Shown piece by piece: positions 47,952-54,565 of a stretch of DNA of 54,565 bases. The translations under genes were made by a program, and so were the position numbers. The stretch lies in assembly GCA_043825735.1 (NCBI GenBank), contig JBDRRP010000017.1, positions 1 to 54,565 of the forward strand, given 5' to 3'. The notes beneath the pieces are model-generated. The model saw only the letters and a list, made by a program, of their open reading frames with translations. It was not told the DNA's origin and ran no database searches. How positions within the stretch are numbered: position 1 is the stretch's first letter; each line of letters starts with the position of its first letter. The DNA is from Pseudomonadota bacterium. Lineage in GTDB: Bacteria; Desulfobacterota; Desulfobacteria; Desulfobacterales; JBDRRP01.

Positions 47952-50339
47952 TCACCGGTCGATGTCCGGCAGGATATAGTCCACCGAGCCGATGATGGCG
48001 ATCAGGTCCGAAATGGACCAGCCCCGGACCATCATCGGCAGCACCTGAACGTTGGCGAATCCCGGTGAGCGGATCCGCATCCGGTAGGCGTATCCCAGCC
48101 CGTCGCTGACCACGTAGTAGCCCTGCTCGCCGCGGGGTATTTCGCAGCTCATGTAGGCCTCGCCCCGGGGAATCCGGGGCCCGCGGGTCACGTTGACAAA
48201 GTGGTGAATGAGGCTTTCGATGTCTTCGAGCATGTCCCGGCGCCGGGGCACGGCGTAGCGGTAATCGTCGGTGACGCAGCGCCCCGGCGGCATTTCGGCC
48301 GCGGCCTGGGCGATGATTTTAAGACTCTCTCGCATCTCCGCCACCCGCACCAGGTAGCGCGCGTAGCAGTCGCCCGCATCGGCGATGGGCACCTCGAAGT
48401 CAAAGGCCTCGTACCCGCTGTAGGGAAACGCTTTCCTCAGGTCCCAGGCCATGCCGCAGGCCCGAAGGTTCGGCCCGCTCACCCCCCAGTCGATGGCATC
48501 TTCCAACGACAGCGTGCCGATGCCCTGGGTACGTTTTTTGAAAATGATGTTTTTAGTGACCAGGGACTCGTACTCGTCGATGCGCCGGGCGAACACCCGG
48601 ACAAAATCGTCCACGGCCGTTTTCCAGCCCTCGGGCATGTCTTTCGCCACGCCCCCGATCCGAAACCACGAGGGGTGGAGCCGCCCGCCGGTGATGTGCT
48701 CGACGATGTCGAGAATCATCTCCCGCTCGCGGAAGGTGTAGAAGGTCGGCGTCATGGCCCCCACATCGTGGGCGAAGGTGCCGAAATAAACCAGGTGGTT
48801 GCTCAGGCGGAAAAGCTCGCTCAAGAGCACCCGGATGAACTGGGCCCGGTCCGGAACGCGAACGGCCGCCAGTTTTTCCACGGCCATCACGTAAGGCAGG
48901 TTGTTGGCCGCACCGGCCAGGTAGTCGATGCGGTCGGTGTAGGGAATGAACTGGTGCCAGCTCTGGCGCTCGCCGATTTTTTCGGCGGCCCGGTGGTGGT
49001 AGCCGATCTCCATGGCAAGATCGGTAATCACCTCGCCGTCCAGGCCGACGACAAACCGAAGGAGCCCGTGGGTGCTCACGTGATGGGGCCCGATGTTGAG
49101 AATCATCCGCGTTTCGCCCTGCGGCTTCAAAAAAACGCCGGCGCCAAGCGGCTGGTGGCGGGCGGCGTCGGCACGGGTATAAGGGGGCATGTCGGTGGCC
49201 CGGCCGGGGTGCGATTTTCGCAGCGGATGGCCCTGCCAGTCATCAGGCATGAGAATCCGGCGAAGATCCGGGTGCCCGTCGAAGCCGATGCCGAACATGT
49301 CGAACACTTCCCGTTCATACCAGTTGGCCGACGGCCAGATGCCCGTGATGCTGGCGGCCGTAGGGGCCTGGCCGACGAGCGGCACCTTGATGCGTACCCG
49401 CTGCGCCGCATCCATGGACAGCAGATGGTAGACCAGCGTGGTGTCGGGATGCCGCTGCCGGTCGCGTCGGGCGGATTCGTCCACGGCGGTGAGATCCTCG
49501 AGGCGCTGGAACCGGGTGGACGCTTCCGATTTCAAATACCGAAGAACCGCAGCGGCTTCCGCCGGCGGCACGTTCAGGGTCATGCAATCGGGCGCCTGCG
49601 TGTCCAGCTGGATATCTTCGAAGCGCTGGTGGAGATCTTCAGCCAGCGCCCGATCGCGCCCGGAAAGGGCCTTCGGAGCGGCCGGCGGGGTCCACATGAG
49701 ATCGCTTCGGCTGTCGGCAAACGCCGCGGGCGTCGCGTCGGTGCCGCGAATCGCCGCCCCTTCAATGCCCGGGCCCCGCGGATCGCGAGACTTGCTGCGG
49801 CCGTCCACGAGCACCGGCGTCTGGGTTCCCTGGGTGCCGCCGGCCAGATGAAAGACCGGGCGGGCCGGCCGCTCGGTAGCGATCTTCTGCTGCAGCACGA
49901 CCAGCCCCTGAAGCACCGCCTCGGGACGGGGCGGACACCCGGGGATGTAGACATCCACCGGCAGGATCTGGTTGACGCCCTGCACCACGCTGTAGGCATC
50001 GTACATACCGCCGGTATTGGCGCACGAGCCCATGGAGATGACCCACTTGGGCTCGGGCATCTGCTCATAGAGGCGCAGCACCACGGGGGCGATTTTCTTG
50101 AACACCGTCCCGGAAACGATGAGCAGATCCGCCTGGCGCGGGGACGGGCGAAACACCTCCGCCCCGAAGCGCGCGATGTCGTACCGGGCGGTGATGGCCG
50201 TGGCTTCTTCCACAAAGCAGCACGAGAGGCCGAAGAACATGGGCCACAGGCTCCGGGCCCTTGCCCAGTTGATCACCATGTCGACCGGGGTGAGTATTTT
50301 GTCCAGCCGGTCTATGGGCGGTGCGGTTCGGGTCCCCAC
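47952..50339 (-). CDS. nuoBCD: Fused NADH-quinone oxidoreductase subunit B/C/D
   Basis: Nuo[22 protein letters not shown]; Nuo[20 protein letters not shown]; Nuo[22 protein letters not shown] 50339 with GGAGG RBS. Confidence 0.95.
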   Translation of the reverse strand: MGTRTAPPIDRLDKILTPVDMVINWARARSLWPMFFGLSCCFVEEATAITARYDIARFGAEVFRPSPRQADLLIVSGTVFKKIAPVVLRLYEQMPEPKWVISMGSCANTGGMYDAYSVVQGVNQILPVDVYIPGCPPRPEAVLQGLVVLQQKIATERPARPVFHLAGGTQGTQTPVLVDGRSKSRDPRGPGIEGAAIRGTDATPAAFADSRSDLMWTPPAAPKALSGRDRALAEDLHQRFEDIQLDTQAPDCMTLNVPPAEAAAVLRYLKSEASTRFQRLEDLTAVDESARRDRQRHPDTTLVYHLLSMDAAQRVRIKVPLVGQAPTAASITGIWPSANWYEREVFDMFGIGFDGHPDLRRILMPDDWQGHPLRKSHPGRATDMPPYTRADAARHQPLGAGVFLKPQGETRMILNIGPHHVSTHGLLRFVVGLDGEVITDLAMEIGYHHRAAEKIGERQSWHQFIPYTDRIDYLAGAANNLPYVMAVEKLAAVRVPDRAQFIRVLLSELFRLSNHLVYFGTFAHDVGAMTPTFYTFREREMILDIVEHITGGRLHPSWFRIGGVAKDMPEGWKTAVDDFVRVFARRIDEYESLVTKNIIFKKRTQGIGTLSLEDAIDWGVSGPNLRACGMAWDLRKAFPYSGYEAFDFEVPIADAGDCYARYLVRVAEMRESLKIIAQAAAEMPPGRCVTDDYRYAVPRRRDMLEDIESLIHHFVNVTRGPRIPRGEAYMSCEIPRGEQGYYVVSDGLGYAYRMRIRSPGFANVQVLPMMVRGWSISDLIAIIGSVDYILPDIDR

Positions 50340-50722
50340 GCGAGGCCTCCCTTCCGCCAGATGTAGACCAGGCCGGCCAGCAGAACGAGGATGAAAAAAG
50401 AAATCTCCAGCCAGCCGATCCACCCGAGGGGCCGCAGCGCAACGGCCCAGGAAAAGATGAAGGCGCCTTCGACATCGAAGAGCAGAAAAAAGATGGCGAC
50501 CCGGAAAAAAGGGATGGGATAGCGAAGCCGTGCGGACCCCGTGGGGATGATGCCGCTTTCGTAGGCTCTGAGCTTTTCGGGCGAGGGTTTTCGTTCTCCC
50601 AGCCAGGATGACGCAAAAAGCAGAATCACCGTCAGCCCCATCACCGCGACGCCATAGACGATCAGGCTGAACACGCCCGGGGACCAGGACGACAAGGACC
50701 CGGCATTCGCGATCGTTTCCAT
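50312..50722 (-). CDS. nuoA: NADH-quinone oxidoreductase subunit A
   Basis: [21 protein letters not shown]. Confidence 0.96.
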   Translation of the reverse strand: METIANAGSLSSWSPGVFSLIVYGVAVMGLTVILLFASSWLGERKPSPEKLRAYESGIIPTGSARLRYPIPFFRVAIFFLLFDVEGAFIFSWAVALRPLGWIGWLEISFFILVLLAGLVYIWRKGGLAWGPEPHRP

Positions 50723-50808
50723 GGCGGTTCTCCTAAATGGGGGTGCACCGCTTGAAAGGGCTATTTGGCGTGGATCGTCACAGCAGGTGGCAACGCGCTG
50801 GATAGTCT

Positions 50809-50838
50809 GTCATACACCGGCCTATTTTTTGATGTCAA
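50809..50838 (-). promoter_or_regulatory. Putative sigma70 promoter of the nuo operon
   Basis: Minus strand TTGACA-18 nt-TATGAC upstream of nuoA. Confidence 0.5.
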
Positions 50839-50871
50839 GGAAGCCGGCGGGATACCTGCCGTCGACGCCGC

Positions 50872-51339
50872 TCATTTCTTTTTTCCCGTCCAGCCCCAAT
50901 TTTCGTAATACTGCCAGCTGGCCATGGAATTGAGTTCCTTGATCTTGCGGTCCTTTTCCAGCAGGCTGATACGCAGCACGTCGCCGATGGAAATCAGGCC
51001 GATGATCTCACCGTCTTTTTCCACGGGCAGGTGCCGGATAAAGAGCCCGAGAAACATTTCTTCGAGCCGGATCAGCGACGTATCCACATCCACGGTATGC
51101 AGCTTTCGGGTCATCACGTCACCGATTCGGGTGGCGGCGGCGTCAAAGCCCGGCGCGGCGGAGCTTTTGAGCAGGTCGCGCTCGGTCCAGATGCCGACGA
51201 TGCGCCCGCCGTCCTTCACAAGGACCGCACCGATATTTCGCGTCACCATCAGGCTGACGGCGTCAAAAACGGTGAGATCCGGCGCGATGCAGACCATCTC
51301 TGCATTCTTTTCATTCAGGATATCTCCAGCGGTGATCAT
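50872..51339 (-). CDS. CBS-pair domain protein
   Basis: IGAVLV..GIWTERD, IRHLPV..GLISIGD. RBS GGAGG. Confidence 0.92.
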   Translation of the reverse strand: MITAGDILNEKNAEMVCIAPDLTVFDAVSLMVTRNIGAVLVKDGGRIVGIWTERDLLKSSAAPGFDAAATRIGDVMTRKLHTVDVDTSLIRLEEMFLGLFIRHLPVEKDGEIIGLISIGDVLRISLLEKDRKIKELNSMASWQYYENWGWTGKKK

Positions 51340-51683
51340 GGCGATACCTCCCAATATGAGGGTTGTCCAGGCGGCGGGCCAATGGCCGTGAACGCCGAGG
51401 TCCATATTGGACAATATGGGTCACGACAGCCGCCGGGTCTACCCATCGAGGAATTTTTTTTCCAGGCTCACCATCTCCTGCAGATCGCTCTCGGACATAT
51501 CGGCAAGCCCCGCGTATTCGCCCTTCCCGTAGGCCAGGCTGGCCATGAAACCCGCGTTGCGGGGGGTTCCGGGTTCGGCGGCCGCGCCGCTGTTCAGTGC
51601 CTGTGGCGCTGTTTCAAGCTCATGGTTCCGGTTCCAGGGGTTAAGGCCGCAGGGCCGCTTCAACCGTTTAACGCTTTCCGGTT

Positions 51684-51749
51684 TTCTTAGCGTTCTTTGC
51701 GCCGTTGCGTGAGTCATCTCTTGGGTTTTCTGGGTATCTTGGCGCGAGA
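51684..51749. repeat. Two degenerate solo arms of 9-bp-periodic elements
   Basis: CTTAGCGTT-CTTTGCGCC-GTTGCGTGAG and TCTTGGGTTTTCTGGGTATCTTGGCGCGAGA resemble 35981-36012. Confidence 0.55.
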
Positions 51750-51752
51750 TAT

Positions 51753-51780
51753 TTGTGAAACCAAAAATCGGCGTTATAGT
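51753..51780 (+). promoter_or_regulatory. Possible sigma70 promoter for the YkgJ gene
   Basis: TTGTGA-16 nt-TATAGT. Confidence 0.35.
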
Positions 51781-51833
51781 ATTTAACGCCGATAGACTGA
51801 ATAGCCGGCCGGGGCATCGGTAATAAGCGCTTA

Positions 51834-52382
51834 ATGGGGGGCAACGTGTTTCGAAACTACCGTCAGCTCATTGAAAAAATCGACCTGCGCGCGGCGACCA
51901 TCCACCGCCGGTGGGGGCACCACATGAGTTGCCGCAAGGGCTGTGATCACTGCTGCCGGCACATTGCCGTGTTTCCGGTGGAAGCCGCCTACATCCATGC
52001 GGCCCTGTCGCAGGTCCCCGCTGAGGTTCAGTCAGTCATCCGGGCCGGCGCCCGCACGGCGCCTGCCGACGGCCCCTGCCCGCTCCTTGAAAACGGCGCC
52101 TGCCGCCTATATGGCGCCCGGCCGGTCATCTGCCGCACCCAGGGGCTCCCGCTTCTGGTGCGGGTGGATGGTGAAACAAAGATCGACTTTTGCCCGCTCA
52201 ATTTCAAGGATCTGACCGAGCTGCCCGGCGACATCGTCACCGACCTGGACCGCCTCAACGAAATGCTCGCCGCCGTCAACGCCCTGTTCCTCCGGCAGAT
52301 GTCCCCTGGCCTGCCAGTCCCGGAACGCATCACCCTCGCCGAGGCCCTGCTAACGCCCGTCGTCGATATTGATGAACATTAA
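51834..52382 (+). CDS. YkgJ-family Cys-cluster (zinc/iron-chelating) protein
   Basis: CRKGCDHCC, CPLL..GACRLYGARPVICRTQG, FCPLNF. Confidence 0.9.
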   Translation: MGGNVFRNYRQLIEKIDLRAATIHRRWGHHMSCRKGCDHCCRHIAVFPVEAAYIHAALSQVPAEVQSVIRAGARTAPADGPCPLLENGACRLYGARPVICRTQGLPLLVRVDGETKIDFCPLNFKDLTELPGDIVTDLDRLNEMLAAVNALFLRQMSPGLPVPERITLAEALLTPVVDIDEH

Positions 52383-52425
52383 AAGATGTTCGACGTTCGC
52401 TTTTTTTCGCGCACAAGACTGAAAA

Positions 52426-53622
52426 TCAGCCCATCCACCGCCAGGCGGGAATCACTTCGATGTCTACGCCGTCTTCACGCAGGTGGTCGCTCTGATCGCG
52501 GGTCACCACCAGGGCCCGGCGCCGGCCGTCGAGGCGCGCGCCCTCGATCACACCGCGCAGCTCACGCCCCAGATTGGCCGGCGTGAGTTCGCGGCACACC
52601 TGGATGGCCGCCTCCCGGGTGATGAAATCGCATTCCCACAGGTCGCGCGCGCCGGCATAGTGCAGCTCCGGCGACTGCCGCCGCAGGTGAAGCGCAACGG
52701 CGTTTTCGAGCCGATGCCCCAGATCGGGCTGAACCTGGGGGGAATTGGCCCTTCGCAACCCGTTGTCGATGGCAAAATATTTGGCTGGGGCGATCACCCG
52801 TTTTTTAAACGACGCGCTGTATTTGGGAACGGCGAAGATCAGATAGGCGTCCTGGAGAAATTCCATATATCGCGACGTCTGCCCGACGGTTGGAATCATC
52901 AGGTTCTTGGTCAGGTTCTGGAAAGATAGGGGCTGGCCGGTATTTGCCAGAAGAAAGAGGATCAGATTCATCGCATGCCGGGTCTCGCGCAGCCCGTGAC
53001 GCGCGGCCACGTCCCGCTGGATGACATCCCGCAGCAATTCCTGCAAAACGAGACCGCGGCGCTCGCCCAGGAACACCGGAAACCCGCCGTCTTCCAGAAA
53101 GGCGTCAAGGGAGGCCGCGCCCGGCGCCTTACCGACAAACGACAAGTATTCGCGATAACCGAAGGGAAACACCTCAAACGACAGGTGCCGCCCGGTGAGC
53201 TTGGCCCCGAGTTCGCGCCCCAGCAAGGATGCGTTCGAGCCGGTGATGCACACGGCCCGCCCGCGGTCCAGCAGCGTGCGGACCAATCGCTGCCACTGGT
53301 CGATTTCCTGGACCTCATCCAGAAACACCGGATGCTCCGGGCCGGTCAGTTCATCCAGTACCGACAGAAAAGAGGTAAAATCATCGGGCCCCATTCCAAA
53401 CAGGCGGGTGTCTTCGAAATTGCAGTAAAACGCTTTTCCGGCGCGCTGCATGAGCTGGGCCTGCAAGGTGCTCTTGCCCGCGCGGCGCACACCGGTCAGG
53501 ACGGTGGCCTGGGCGCCCCGCACGGCGAGATCGTCCATCAACCGGCGCTGAACCTCCGGCTGGGGCGCCGGCGGCAGGTAGGGAGTGGCAAGGATGGACA
53601 GCAGTGTATTTCGTAGTATCAT
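52426..53622 (-). CDS. AAA+ ATPase (AAA_14 + DUF4143 type)
   Basis: GVRRAGKST, FLDEVQ, ITGSNA, LTGR, GGFP, KYFAIDNG, LENAV, ECDF. Confidence 0.92.
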   Translation of the reverse strand: MILRNTLLSILATPYLPPAPQPEVQRRLMDDLAVRGAQATVLTGVRRAGKSTLQAQLMQRAGKAFYCNFEDTRLFGMGPDDFTSFLSVLDELTGPEHPVFLDEVQEIDQWQRLVRTLLDRGRAVCITGSNASLLGRELGAKLTGRHLSFEVFPFGYREYLSFVGKAPGAASLDAFLEDGGFPVFLGERRGLVLQELLRDVIQRDVAARHGLRETRHAMNLILFLLANTGQPLSFQNLTKNLMIPTVGQTSRYMEFLQDAYLIFAVPKYSASFKKRVIAPAKYFAIDNGLRRANSPQVQPDLGHRLENAVALHLRRQSPELHYAGARDLWECDFITREAAIQVCRELTPANLGRELRGVIEGARLDGRRRALVVTRDQSDHLREDGVDIEVIPAWRWMG

Positions 53623-53797
53623 AATTTTGTCATATCGTATGAAACAAATATCTGGAAATGTCAAGCGCAGGGCACCAGGGCGGATCCGCCAACCGCGCTG
53701 GTCGTTCTTACCGGTGGTCCCGGAGGACATATCGTATCGTTGTCGGCACCGATGATCGAGACCCCATCGCCGGCATTGACGGGTAAGGGGAGAAGAA

Positions 53798-53879
53798 ACC
53801 ACGAAGTTCACGAAGGACACGAAGGTTTTACAGCGCCGCTGTGTCTGGGGCTATCTTCGTGCACTTCGTGTTCTTCGTG
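53798..53879. repeat. 9-bp-periodic palindromic element, copy 2
   Basis: Arms identical to 33900-33931 (32 nt) and 33956-33981 (26 nt), with a different 24-nt spacer. Confidence 0.92.
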
Positions 53880-53946
53880 CTTCACCTGCAGTGCGGCGGA
53901 CAAGGTCAACGTGAGCGGATGGATGAAACCGGAGCGGCCTGCCGGA

Positions 53947-54216
53947 TCAGGCGGTCATGAAAAGCGATACGCTGGTATCGCCATGGGTGATGGTATACAC
54001 TTCGCCATAGCCTTCCGCTTGCATATCGGCATTGGCATGAGCGGCGCCGGAAAACTCCTGGATGGCGCTCTTGAGCGCTTTCAGTGCGGAATCGATGATC
54101 TTTCGTTCGCAGCCGTCTATCGCCGGATCGTCCACGCGGATCCGGTCCCCCTTCTCGATGGTGACCTGCTTGTTGTCCAGTCGAACGATGGCTTTGGTAA
54201 TATTGTCTGGCATCAT
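53947..54216 (-). CDS. Small hypothetical protein (89 aa)
   Basis: AGGAG RBS before ATG 54216 and protein-like composition. No family recognised. Confidence 0.6.
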   Translation of the reverse strand: MMPDNITKAIVRLDNKQVTIEKGDRIRVDDPAIDGCERKIIDSALKALKSAIQEFSGAAHANADMQAEGYGEVYTITHGDTSVSLFMTA

Positions 54217-54438
54217 AAACAACTCCTGCGTGTGATTGAATAAACGATCACCGTCAAAAACGGCGGCGAACGTATCGTGGAGCAATGATTAAATCAATGA
54301 TTTCGGATATATATTAAATGAATGACAATCAATCAGTGGGCACAAATCAGAGCTGCTTCGCACAGGCGCTTTTCATGCGGCGCGCCGTAAGTCTCGCGCC
54401 GCTCATCCGGGATGCTGTCTGCGCCACCGGCGTCTTCT

Positions 54439-54565
54439 TGTCGGTTAGGTCGTTTAGAGCGTTATGATCGTTGGGATCGTTGGGATCGTTGGGATCGTTG
54501 GGATCGTTGGGATCGTTGGGATCGTTGGGATCGTTGGGATCGTTGGGATCGTTGGGATCGTTGGG
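54439..54565 (+). repeat. Tandem 9-bp repeat (GATCGTTGG)n running off the window end
   Basis: 11 perfect units from 54466, preceded by degenerate TGTCGGTTA-GGTCGTTTA-GAGCGTTAT. Confidence 0.95.

Noticed and set aside
36033..50366. Long plus-strand ORFs such as 48201-50366, 44050-45666 and 37544-38818
   Set aside because: Antisense shadows of nuo genes in GC-rich DNA, with no motifs.
52426..53622. AAA+ ATPase as part of a defence system or mobile element
   Set aside because: A common stand-alone family with no partner genes here.
33900..53879. Constant arms with a variable spacer read as a CRISPR array
   Set aside because: Only two dispersed copies, with inverted rather than direct repeats and no cas genes.
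54466..54565. Terminal repeat read as CRISPR or a telomere
   Set aside because: 9-bp units without spacers; a simple tandem repeat.

Overview
GC-rich chromosomal window, most likely from a Desulfobacterota (Desulfobacterales-like) bacterium; this is inferred from the gene repertoire. From left to right: the 5' end of a sensor kinase with a periplasmic-binding lipoprotein, dsbD, an acyltransferase, a sigma54-type hypothetical-cheW-MCP unit, and a chimeric B12-binding gene. Next come a Slam/DUF560-like outer-membrane barrel with a FecR + TbpB-like barrel partner (candidate type XI secretion pair), a glycosylation cluster, OmpA, a broken YeiH gene and mltF. These are followed by a redoxin / GAF-rhodanese / REC-STAS / DoxX cluster, an orphan PrdB/GrdB-like selenoprotein (in-frame UGA, UPVC motif, SECIS-like hairpin), a complete nuo operon with a NuoBCD fusion, and CBS, YkgJ and AAA+ genes. 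The window ends inside a 9-bp tandem repeat. The intergenic DNA carries several families of periodic palindromic elements. One hexamer-arm family occurs both empty and loaded with a four-helix-bundle gene inside the nuo operon, and a ~27-bp inverted-repeat pair brackets the selenoprotein gene. Three genes appear to carry in-frame microhomology deletions. No rRNA, tRNA, CRISPR array or transposase was recognised. All family assignments come from motif recognition by eye; no searches were run.
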